This document shows, piece by piece, positions 50,224 through 62,065 of a stretch of DNA of 64,000 nt (position 1 is its first letter; every line of letters begins with the position of its first letter). The notes under the pieces are model-generated. The model made no database searches and was not told where the DNA came from. It was given only the letters and a program-made list of their open reading frames with translations. A program made the translations under genes and the position numbers. Source of the stretch: Macrostomum hystrix (taxonomy: Eukaryota; Animalia; Platyhelminthes). The DNA lies in contig CATNEN010000034.1 in assembly GCA_950097015.1 (NCBI GenBank), positions 2,108,001-2,172,000 on the forward strand, given 5' to 3'.

Positions 50224-53200
50224 TCAGCAACGGCACGTTCCGACGATGTAGACTAAAAGAGTCGGTCTGCCACGGTTCCGCTGCCGACCCTCCTTATAAA
50301 ATGGCAGTTTGCCTTGAGCACTAGATGCTGCGTCATCGTAGATGTAATGGGTGTTTCCACGAACGATGCGGCCGTAGAAATGACCGGGCACAGCAATTGT
50401 TGTGCAACAGAGATTGTAACTAAAATTAGTGAATAAAATTCCATACATTCGAAGCTTGCACCCAAGATACTAGTCATTAACTAGTTAAACCGTTAACTTT
50501 CTGTTAACGAAGTCAAGTTTTTTATTAACGATGCCCAACACATGCTGAAATTAGCTAGCCTGAATATGTAAGAATCACAAACGGCGCATTGAACCAGTCA
50601 ATCGGTAGCATACATTGTAGTCCCATCATGAAGAAACTACGCGGATGACATCGGAGTCCTTCCACAGCTGCCTGTGAACTTCCCCATCGAAGTCTTTCTA
50701 AAGCCCTCTCAGTCCATGCTTTAATCTCCAAATATTATCAAGCACCGGAAGTTGATATTCAAGAGAAATGTCAAAGGCAGCGTGCACTTACTGAATGGAT
50801 CCGTCCTCCGGGAAAGGATGCATGACTGAGTGAGGTGGGAGAGTCTCCCGACCCGTTGCCGAATCTGGAATGCCCACAACCACAACTGGCGGTGGAAAGT
50901 TGGCAAAGCGGGGATGGTGTAAGTAGCGCGAGTCGAGGTTACAGTCGAGGCATTCCACACAGCGGTCGCCAGAAGTAAATACTTCCCGAAGATAGGCCTC
51001 GGGAGACATTAAGATCCGGCGGCTGTCACCAGAGGGCGCTTGCTCCGGAGTTGGAAGCACAAGTTGGTAGAAGCGCCGTGTCTCCTCTTTGCGGCAGAAG
51101 GGGCAACCCACACGCTGAGTTATAGCATGAAACTCTCCGAGCACCCAGGTAGTAACATCCAGCGCTCCCTGGAATAGGCTTATATCGATTTCCTTGGAAG
51201 TGCTGGACCGGCGCCTCACGACAGCGCCACGCCGGTGCAATTCAGGACAACGCAGGAGCAGCCGAGCCCGAGCGAAATGGATACTCTCATGAGTAAAAGC
51301 CTGGACAGCTGCATGCAGAAAGTCAGTCAGGGGAGCGCAATCATCGGGAAGTCGCTGGACTGCCTGCCGAAACTCGGAATGGTCTCGCATTGCAAACGTC
51401 AAAGCTGTCAGCAAATGGTCAACTGTACAAGCATTCGAGACATGAACTGTTAAAACATCGTTGCCGTAAGGCACGTTACGAGAAGTCGAGTAGTTCCTCA
51501 GCATTGCAAACTGCACTTCTCTGGATGACTGGGCAAAGATAGCGGTTCGCTTCGGCGAAGTGTAGGTGGCTGATGGACGCTTGCGCTTCTTGTTTACGAT
51601 ACCAGCAAAATGTGTTCCTTCCTCTGTCAGATTCTCCTCGAACTCCATCGCTGTGAACGGATTCTCGGCTGAACGTTGGCTTGGACGAACGGAATTTCCA
51701 ACAGGCACAGAGGGTCCAGAGGCAGATGCGGAGCCTGGCACAGAGGGTCCAGAGGCAGATGAGGCAGATGCGGAGCCTGGCACAGAGGCAGATGAGGCAG
51801 ATGCGGAGCCTGGCACAGAGAGTCCAGAGGCAGATGCGGAGCCTGGCACAGAGGGTCCAGAGTCAGATGCGGAGCCTGGCACAGAGGGTCCAGAGGCAGA
51901 TGAGGCAGATGCGGAGCCTAACACAGAGGGTCCAGAGGCAGATGAGGCAGATGCGGAGCCTGGCACAGAGGCAGATGAGGCAGATGCGGAGCCTGGCACA
52001 GAGGGTCCAGAGGCAGATGCGGAGCCTGGCACAGAGGGTCCAGAGGCAGATGCGGAGCCTGGCACAGAGGGTCCAGAGTCAGATGCGGAGCCTGGCACAG
52101 AGGGTCCAGAGGCAGATGCGGAGCCTGGCACAGAGGGTCCAGAAGCAGATGAGGCAGATACGGAGCCGGGCACAGAATTTTCGTTAGTAAGAACAGACGC
52201 CCCTGGGGTAGTACGTGGCATTGTATCATTCTGCATAAAATGAGTTGGATGCTCGTTGGAGGAATTTGCTTCACTATCCGAGCAATCGGAGGTGCCGCTG
52301 CGAACGCCTTCCTGTTGCAAAAAGACTCCCAATGGTCGCAGGAACTGGTGGTACACTCCTGGCAGCTTTCTGTGCATTGTCCTAACAAAAGTCATGGCAC
52401 TTGGCCGCTGGTCATCAAGGAGGCTGCCCTTAATGAGGCGAATGCAGAGTTCAGTACTGCCCTCCTGGAAGCTGTGCAACGACTCAGGGGTTGCAGCATA
52501 CATTTCTTCCCGGGCGTAACGCCAAGGCTCAGACATTATGCTCGTAAAGAGCGGCAGGTACGGCAACATGACGTCAAGGAGCTTGCGTGCCAACGGAGTA
52601 CAGCGGAATGGATTCGGAACAGCGCGGAAATCTTCCTCGTCCAGGTTGGCTGAAAATCGATTCTCCAGTTGTTGGTGAACATTTTGAAAGATCTGCCAAA
52701 ATGGAGATGCCCTCTTGATTGTATTGTCGGGTCTAGCGTAGAGCAGTTCCTCCGCAGGAATAAATTCCTCCACATCATCCAGTTCGTCGGCAATGGCGGC
52801 GTCCAGCAGCTGCTTTGCAGCCACATTCTGGCCACCCAATGTGAGCTCCTCCATTGGAAGTTCTAGAACCTCCAGAGTTGGTGCAAGGAGCAGACCAAAG
52901 AATGCTGTAACTACCATTTTAGCTCTGGCGAGGCACGTTGTGCGTACAAGCGCACCAAAGACGTGCTTCCAATAGCACGAGGCTCTTTGTCCTGCCATGA
53001 GGTCACTATTGTCCAGCTCGTAAACTCGTGCACAATATGGCTCCTGCCAAGTCCCACGAGGCAGAATCCCCGAAGCTCACGCTGTGAGAAGGACCGACGG
53101 AGCACGGCGCAGCAGAGTCGTAAATATGGAAGAATGTCCATTCCATGGTGGGCATAGGTAAGTGCAGCCAGGCTGGGGATGTTGAAGTCAGTGACAGCTT

Positions 53201-54580
53201 GAAGCATTGTTAGGCTAGCAACGGATTTCCGTGCTGCTGTGATGAATGTGTCCAATGCAAACTTTATAGTGGACTTAGTCTGCGAGTTGGACAGAAGCAG
53301 CATAATTGGCACTGGAGCTTCCCCTTCAATTGGATGATGCAGAGCCAGGGCATGCAAGTAAGCACCGTGTCCATCGGCCAGGGGCGCACCAGTTGAGTCC
53401 AGACCGACACGAATCGGTAAATTGCGACAGTGAAGCACTTTTAGAAGCCGAATTGCTTTGTCCATATAGAGCAGGGCAAAGCGCGGGTGGCCAACACCTG
53501 GTCGTACGTTCACATCTCTGATGAACGGGGGATCGAGCATTTCCCCGTTCATTAGGATATCCATGATTTGATCCTGGGAAAACCTTTCTTTCAACCGCTC
53601 CTGAGATGCCGCAGTTCGCAGCACGCTAGAGGTCGGTACTTCCGGTGTAATGCCATCCGTAGCCAGCTCTGCAGACACAGAGTATGCGTTAGAGGAGTTG
53701 ACTCGCTGGGCCAACTCTTCTCGGCGATGACCTCTCAGTGGGCGTGGCTTCACAGTGTGCGGTTTAAGGGGGCCGCTCGCCCTCAGAGTCCACAGCAACC
53801 TACTATCCTGTGATGTTAGCCTGAAGCGAGCGTTGCAGGAGGTGACCCGGCAGTAGACATCTGCCGTCACCTCTGCCGAGGTAGCTGCCACCCTGCTTCG
53901 CTGCACGCATAAGCAACAGGAGAGCATAGTCGAGAAGTGCGGAAAGATGAAGTCCTGCCAGTTCTTTTGCAGACGTCCGCTGCTATCTAGGATGATCGCC
54001 GTGTGCAGTCTCGCATGAAAAATCGGCTGCTCACTGCAAAGAAATGACTCTTATTTGTATACATGCGATGAAGTTAGGGTCATGATGTTTCAAAAGAGCC
54101 CTGACTAAAGACCATTGTAAACAGGATTCATGCATGACACTGCAAAAGTTGATCTAAAAATCCAGCAAAATACTTACTCCTCATTGGCGCTTTCTTTGTC
54201 TAGGACTTCATCGTGGACAGGATCGTCTGATATATCTGTTAAAATCTTTACTGCGTTCCTGCGAAACTGGTCATACAGCCAGCGTCGGTGAATGAATGAG
54301 TCCTCAAAGCCCAACAGAATGCATGCCCTGGACCACACTGTCCCTACAGGTGTGGGTCCTGGCAGAGGCTTGGTAGCAACATCTGAGTAACTCAGACGAC
54401 GAGAGGCAAACAGGTTCTGAATGTCATCGACGGAGACGGTATTCCAATCTGAAATTAACATGGCAAGTCACTTAAATAGTCTGTACCATGAAAAAAAGGA
54501 GTCATATGCAACGTCTGCATGAGTGTTGCACAAAGTCTGAAGCAATCAGAAAAGACAACAGGGCAAAAAAACTTACTCAT
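50224..54580 (-). CDS. NOF/MULE-like DDE transposase fused to a C-terminal USP-like cysteine-protease domain (~1237 aa; one frameshift)
   Basis: Predicted exons 54580-54577 (ATGA|GTAAGT), 54448-54178, 54033-50792 and 50419-50224, with GT-AG junctions. Phases match if one base is added near 52987. Motifs: N-terminal VW...LY..FRRN helix region; CxxxxC..H zinc-finger-like segment; D1 VGLDSTG, D2 AVTDFN, RSH, LPYLPLFTSIM, E in GSTELCIRLIK; then SNAC, CPFC/CLDC, GHF and YDD. Confidence 0.8.
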
Positions 54581-54689
54581 TAGAAAGTCTGCTAATAATT
54601 GCCAGTCAAGCCCACAAAATCTGAAATGAAAGTGACACGTCTCATGTGCATAGCTTGAACATATAGATACATAGATGTACCACTATAAT

Positions 54690-57568
54690 AATGACTGAAC
54701 ATGAAGGAACAAGAATTTCGTGTTCTTTATGGACCATGGATTTTTAGTCTAGACAGATAACAATTGGTGCTCTACTTTCAACGCAAATATATAGACAAGA
54801 ATAGACGGAACATGAAGGAACAAGAATTTCATGTTCTTTATGGACCATGGATGTTTAGTCTAGACAGATAACAATTGGTGCTCTACTTTCAACGCAAATA
54901 TATAGACAAGAATAGACGGAACATGAAGGAACAAGAATTTCATGTTCTTTATGGACCATGGATGTTTAGTCTAGACAGATAACAATTGGTGCTCTACTTT
55001 CAACGCAAATATATAGACAAGAATAGACGGAACATGAAGGAACAAGAATTTCATGTTCTTTATGGACCATGGATGTTTAGTCTAGACAGATAACAATTGG
55101 TGCTCTACTTTCAACGCAAATATATAGACAAGAATAGACGGAACATGAAGGAACAAGAATTTCATGTTCTTTATGGACCATGGATGTTTAGTCTAGACAG
55201 ATAACAATTGGTGCTCTACTTTCAACGCAAATATATAGACAAGAATAGACGGAACATGAAGGAACAAGAATTTCATGTTCTTTATGGACCATGGATGTTT
55301 AGTCTAGACAGATAACAATTGGTGCTCTACTTTCAACGCAAATATATAGACAAGAATAGACGGAACATGAAGGAACAAGAATTTCATGTTCTTTATGGAC
55401 CATGGATGTTTAGTCTAGACAGATAACAATTGGTGCTCTACTTTCAACGCAAATATATAGACAAGAATAGACGGAACATGAAGGAACAAGAATTTCATGT
55501 TCTTTATGGACCATGGATTTTTAGTCTAGACAGATAACAATTGGTGCTCTACTTTCAACACAAATATATAGACAAGAATAGGCGGAACATGAAGGAACAA
55601 GAATTTCATGTTCTTTATGGACCATGGATGTTTAGTCTAGACAGATAACAATTGGTGCTCTACTTTCAACACAAATATATAGACAAGAATAGGCGGAACA
55701 TGAAGGAACAAGAATTTCATGTTCTTTATGGACCATGGATGTTTAGTCTAGACAGATAACAATTGGTGCTCTACTTTCAACGCAAATATATAGACAAGAA
55801 TAGACGGAACATGAAGGAACAAGAATTTCATGTTCTTTATGGACCATGGATTTTTAGTCTAGACAGATAACAATTGGTGCTCTACTTTCAACGCAAATAT
55901 ATAGACAAGAATAGACGGAACATGAAGGAACAAGAATTTCATGTTCTTTATGGACCATGGATGTTTAGTCTAGACAGATAACAATTGGTGCTCTACTTTC
56001 AACGCAAATATATAGACAAGAATAGACGGAACATGAAGGAACAAGAATTTCATGTTCTTTATGGACCATGGATGTTTAGTCTAGACAGATAACAATTGGT
56101 GCTCTACTTTCAACACAAATATATAGACAAGAATATATAGAACACAAAAGAACAAGAACTTCATGTTGTTAATGCAAAATAAATGTTTAGTCTAGACAAA
56201 GACAAATAGTAACAACTGACCTATTTTCAGCACAAAAATAAAGATAAGAATGTATGGAACATGAAGGAACGATGTCAAGAATTTCATATTAAGTAAGTTA
56301 GTTAGAGTTTAATGAGTTGATTAAAGACAAGATAGAAAATTAATATTATTAATATTAGTCTATATTATCTTATCATCTATCTCATCTTATCAGCCTTATT
56401 TGATGTTCCAAGAAACGTAAAATACTTTTTTCTTCTTTATCTGCGACTGCATGGCATTATAAATTTCATGGGACTTGTCAACCATTTGTTTGATTCCATG
56501 TATATAAATGTACAAAAATGAGGAACTCAATTATAATGTATAATAATGCCAATGGAAAGAACCAATTGAAATGAATGGCAAGTAGATGCTCAATATAATT
56601 AATTATGTAGGATTGTAATGTAGGTAAGCAATAAATGAGCTTGCACTGATACACACCAATAATTGACACTACTGCACTGAGAATGAGGTAAAAAATGCAC
56701 AGTGTTGCCAACCAATGAGTCAATGACTTGTTTACATTGCTTGTATAGGCCTAATCTTTGTTCTTTATGAGTGTCCAAGTACACTATTCAGTACACTAGG
56801 TCATAAGTACAAGGACCACTAGAAGAAGAGTGGTCCTTGCACAAGTCTTGCTTACATTCAAAGTGGGAGAAGTAACTGATGCAATAACTAACAACAGACT
56901 GAGTGCAGTCTTCTCGGATATAATCGAATATCTTTAATGTTAATTTTGGTTTTAACTCTAAGTTAGACTTTAGTTTTTGTCGACATTGTTGTCTCCAGCG
57001 GCAAATGTTTTGTTAGTTTGCTTGGAATAATTTTGATAACGCCGGGGAGAAATTTGTGACATTTTATGTTCATGTATAATGACGTCGATCTCAGCAACTA
57101 GGGCCATCGCAAAGTTGCGGTTTTCGAATTTTTGTAGTTTAGGAGAGTAGCTATGCGATATGTGTGCTTTCGCAATGTACCCTATAATACGTTCTTTTAT
57201 CGCAGCAAGACACCACATACTTCAGCCGATTTAGTTTCTCCGACGTGCCTAAAAGGCAAAGAATTTGATGCCTTGATTTGAAATTTCACACAGTTATTAC
57301 TGGCACGTGCCTATGTAGGATTTAGAAATCATCGCACGAATTAGTTGATATGTGCATCTTTGGGAAGCCATCCTCACGCCATCCTCACGCCATCCTCATG
57401 CTTTCATATTTTAGAGCCATTCACACGCACGACCATGGCATATATCGATGCAAAAACAGGCATTGCATATCTGTCTTCATCGTATCTGCTAATTTTAGGC
57501 AGTATCGCAGCCATCGCACGTTGTTTTCAAATATCGTGAGGATGGCATGAGGCTAGGTTTACGTCAGT
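54690..57568 (-). repeat. Right terminal inverted repeat (~13 x 111-bp array plus ~1.4 kb unique)
   Basis: CATGAAGGAACAAGAATTTC recurs every 111 bp from 54700 to 56032. Ends ...GGCTAGGTTTACGTCAGT. Confidence 0.95.
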
Positions 57569-59136
57569 GGACCATCGGGCTGTCAAGGCTGTATGTGATC
57601 ATGTTCATTATCGTTTTTATGCATGAGTAGAGAGACAGAATTCCTATCTCAAAGTCTGGCGAATCGACCAGGATATAGAAGTCCAGACTAAAAAGTACAA
57701 TCCAATAAAACAACAGGGGTAGTGCTGCCATGAAACTGGACAGCATCGAGTGAAAGATAAAGAACAGCTTGCCAGTTGGCCTGGACACAATCTCCAAGTA
57801 CTGCGCAAAGTGAAGCAAAGTGAAAGAAATAAACAATGTGTTTGATCCGATGAACATTTCCTGGGTTGTTACGCCAACATTATCGTTTCGGAGTGGGGGC
57901 AGAAGGGTGTAAAAGTCAGGTTTTTGTAGAAAACTTGACGATGTACAGAAAATGGCTCCGCTCAGGAGGGCAACGCACAGGTAGGTGTCGAAAACTGAGC
58001 GACGCACGAAGCAGCTGTGGCGACGTGGATTCGGGAGCATCAACCGTCTCTGACCTCGCTCGTAGATGTAGAAAAACAACTTTATCGTGACGACGAAGGA
58101 TTGGAGTATCAAAATCGTCGCTATCATCGAAATGCTGCCATTTACCGATAAGAAAATCTCAGTGCATGACTTTCGCTTCACAACCTGCAGCTCGAAGAAT
58201 TGATAGTACAGGCTTGTGTTGTAAAGGGACGTCTTGTTGTAGCCTTCACGCGCAGCGGCGGCAATTGTGGCACGATTGCAATGAAGCAAATTGCCGATGG
58301 ACGAGACGAACATCATGACGGACTCAAGGACGCCAGTCAGCAGAAACATCACCGTAGGCACACTTAAAATCAGCACACGCAGAACTGTTAGCATTCGAGT
58401 TTGTTGGATGTACAGGCGAAACCATTGTTGAATTTAAAGGATCTTCGAGTAGTTTAGACTTCTTCAGAGCCTCCACCTGGCTAGACCCCACGTAGGTGAG
58501 CAGATGCAGAGGACTCATTTGGCATCGGCTGCCATGACACAGGTCATAGTCTGTCAGATCATAGAGCCTCACCGTCCAACCGCCAGATCGACTAACCGAG
58601 CTCAGTAGATAGCTGGGAAGGTGCAGCAGCTTGCGAGCCAGTCTGAACGCGCCAAACTTAACACAAGCCTCAAGTGGTCTGAGTCCGGTCGAGTCCTCTT
58701 GCAAAATTAGACTGCTCAAAATGTGAGGCGTTCTGGCTAGTGTCGCCAGGATTGCCGCCTCGAACGCTTTGGCTCGTTTATACCTCGGCGCAAACATCTG
58801 GCAGCGCGCCAGACTGTGCAGTACGGTGCTGCCGTCGGGTTCCAGTTGGGCCAGGTGGTCAGCACAGTCGGCCAGCAGCAGATCAAATACCCGCACAGAC
58901 TGGAGCAGAATTGCCAGGTGAATGGGGTAGGCGAATTGCAGACTCAGCAATCCATACTTTGTGGACTTCTGTCGACGGCATCGACCCGGGCACCGCATCG
59001 CTGCGGGTAAGCCGTCCACAGTGTCGCACAGCGGCTGAGCTAGTTTTCCTGCCAGGTCCGGCCCCATTGCCTGCACGAAGGCCACCGGGTCATCATCAGC
59101 GAGTGCCTGCAGGGCCTCTTCCGATGAATAATGCAT
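57569..59136 (-). pseudogene. Intronless TRPV-like cation channel, 5' part (ankyrin repeats, S1-S5, pore); disrupted
   Basis: ATG at 59136. Ankyrin-like YPIHLA, GSTVLHSLA and GLRPLEAC; TRPV linker LYDLTDYD (compare TRPV5/6 LYDLTEID); multiple hydrophobic helices. A 1-bp frameshift near 58434 links the two ORFs (PL|IQQWFRLY). Truncated by the transposon just before S6. Confidence 0.85.
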
Positions 59137-61650
59137 TGCCTATAGTCCAGGTGAGTGGCTGAAGCAAATCTCAGGGCAGGCGAGGTCCGAAGGAAGTTTT
59201 TTTCTGGTCACCGCTTTTTTATACACGGCCGCATCAACTATTCCCACTTATTTTAGAGCACACAAGCACGCTTGCTCCAAGCAGTCCACAGCCTGAGTTC
59301 TTTTTGCAATATTTGCCAAAGCAGAAGTCTCTTTTATGTAATCAGTACGCGCCCTTCTTGCAACACAAACGTTATATGGATTCCACCTTTTTCAGATTGT
59401 CTGCGTGTCTGGTATACACAAATAGGCTGTGCAATTGATTGGTCAGTAGATATTTCAGATTAGCCCCAGACTAAAAGTATGCAATGCTAATATTTAATAA
59501 GGGCGCTAATGTTTGCCAAATAAATTTTTTCGCCAAATCCAGCCTTTATTTGCCTAATCCCGAGCGGCTACAGTCTCCATTGCTCACTGAGGAGTAGGTA
59601 TTTTTCAAGCGATTTTGAGCAATAATAAAAATGCTAAATCGACTGACTCTTACTTGAGTGCCGCCATTGATTGGAGAATAGCCAGGCACGTGACACTTAA
59701 CTCAGGTGGTTCAGAGCTGTGCGGATGTGGGATTTTAGTGAAGTACCCCACGCAGATCCAGGAGGTCATGGGTTCGAATCTGTAAAATCTCGTAGAATGA
59801 TTACAGCCTGCGTGAATCTTGCTCAGGGGCCAGCGGAAAGAGCCTCTTCATTCTCCCTAAGTCGACGTCGCCTTACAGTACTCACAGACTACCTGCTAAC
59901 TAATTAGAGCAGTAAAACAAGCCGTTTGCATTTTTTGAGACTTGTAAACAAGTTTGTCTGAGTTTGAAAGTACAATGCTCAAATATGTTATTATTGTATC
60001 TATGTTAGCTCTGATGTGTTTCAAGGAAATTGCTTATTCCAAACCTCGGGAGGATGTTGAATTTCCTTCTAGGGGAACTAAATTTTCGCTACCTTAAAGG
60101 GATATTGCATTTCCGGAGCCCCTGGCTTCGGCTACAGTCGGAACAATGCCTAATTAGACACCTTGTGAGCACATCGTTTTTTAACACGGTCAAAGCCCCG
60201 ATCTGTCTTGAAGTCTTTTGGCTCTCGAATGTCTCCAATAGTACATGCACAGATAAGCACAACACTTTTGTCTGCTATTGGTGATAAATGATTTCAAAAT
60301 AAACACGATTTCGTTGATAAGTCGATGTTCAAATCAGCCTCCGATTAATTGGCGGCGGAGTACGGCGGAGCGCTTCTGACTAGTTCAAGATCGGTCCTGA
60401 GCTGGAATCCGCAGCAAGGCCTCATTAATTAGAGGCTTAATCTAGAAGAAATGGCTTGGGGTTCACTCCAGATGCCATTCCAGGTACCTTCGCAATTATC
60501 CGTGTATATGTACTTTATCGTTAAATTTGCTCTTGCTTTGTAGGCTTCCAATATTTGGACTCAGCATTAGCAGTAGAAAGACCATGTTATTTCCCGTATT
60601 TGAAATTCCCACAGCCCACTTCACGACAGCTCCCAAACCGAATGACCGATTTTCGTGAAGTCCACCATGTGCAGTGTATTGCACTGTATAAACCTCTTAG
60701 GCTAATCCACATTGGTTCAATAAAAAAAATTAATATATGATCAATACAAGGCTTTTCACTTGTAGTGACTTTCTTCGCACAGAATATTTAATGTGTCGTT
60801 ATATTGTTTAGCGGTTTTAACGTGTATTGCGAATAAACAACCGGTGTAGCATCGAGGACCAGTACATAGGACAAGCTTCGCACTAGACATACATGCGTGG
60901 TGTTCGACAACAAGTCATAAACGTTATACAGTTCGGTGATTTTTTAAATTCAAACAAAAAATGGTAAAGTTATTGTAAAAAATTCAAAATGTTAACTTTT
61001 GTTGAATTAAGATAAACAGTAAGTCGACAAACCGAGGACTGACACAAAAATAGAACCGTTCAGAGCTACACGGACTTCTAGACTTAGAACCTGGATTGAG
61101 AGTTCTATGACTCCGAGTCTATTATTCCTAATTGAGTGCTTCTTGTCGTGTTTCTTGGTTCCAGGCTAAATATTTAGAAGACTAATGAAGGTCTGAACTC
61201 ATTATAGCCGGATATACATTGGTAGATAAAAATATAACTGATAGATAAATATGTTCAGTTTCAGGGTAACTAACAGCCAACTGCATGTGTTCTGATAGCT
61301 ATGAAACTTTGAACAATCTGGAGCGGGTACTTAAAGAAGACAGATTGGTATAAAAAGACAGTGTATACTGCGTCAGGAATGAAATATCGCATAACTCATT
61401 AGAACTCGTGATATCTTAAGCACGTGCAGGTAATAAGCGTTAACAGTACATTGAAGCGGTGTACTTCTCTCTGATCGTCGGGCACTCGATGGATTTCTGA
61501 CACTTTAACGAATTTCTACCATTGACAACCAACAAATAATAATTTGCAGAAAGGCTGCAGGCAATGGCACATCATTTGGTCTCACTAGACCGGCAGCCAG
61601 CGAGGAGGCAATTCTGCCTATTTCACTCTCTTCTGAGCACACACGCAGAC

Positions 61651-61790
61651 AGATACTGTACGCAGGCACACACTCAAACAGGTTGTATATGTTGTCACTC
61701 ACAGGTGCGAATTGCACGACAAGCCCACAAGCCTTCTCTCCGCTGCTGCGCCATAAATGAATGTGGCCTCGCCGCGGAATCGAGCTCAGT
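61651..61790. repeat. Dispersed repeat copy related to 1669-1870
   Basis: Shares the same ordered sequence blocks as the ABCC-intron copy. Confidence 0.7.
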
Positions 61791-62065
61791 GCGTTAGACC
61801 ACGCTAGCCCCTCCTGCACCAATTGATGCGATATATTAATGCTGAATTTCAATTTCTAATTCTGTCTGAAATCCCGAGAACAATTGAAAGAATAAATACA
61901 CGATTTAACAACAGCAATTTAACAGTCGTCAGGCAGTTGAAATGAGACTTCACGCTTCTTCAGCAACGCATCCTTTGTGGAGCTCAGATTGGCGATTCGA
62001 ATCTACAATAAGAAGTTTTTTAAATTAGAAGAACCATATAATAAAGGGCTAATTTTAGCTGGGGC

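Larger units (their letters stand above)
43327..57568. mobile_element. 14.2-kb Foldback/NOF-like (Mutator superfamily) DNA transposon with kb-scale inverted arms
   Basis: The direct repeat GGACCATC at 43319-43326 and 57569-57576 flanks the element. Outer arms mirror each other without indels (paired coordinates sum to 100895; four ORF pairs translate identically). It contains an internal DDE transposase gene and interrupts a host ORF. Confidence 0.93.

Noticed and set aside
22902-51480. Functional link between host UBA2 (SUMO E1) and the element's protease domain
   Set aside because: Proximity results from a recent insertion into an unrelated gene, and the domain looks USP-like, not Ulp1-like. 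No evidence of coupling.
47524-52243. Antisense or alternate-frame ORFs over the element genes (47524-48576, 47597-48403, 51566-52243, 51681-52187)
   Set aside because: They are shadows of in-frame coding repeats of the accessory gene and the transposase linker.
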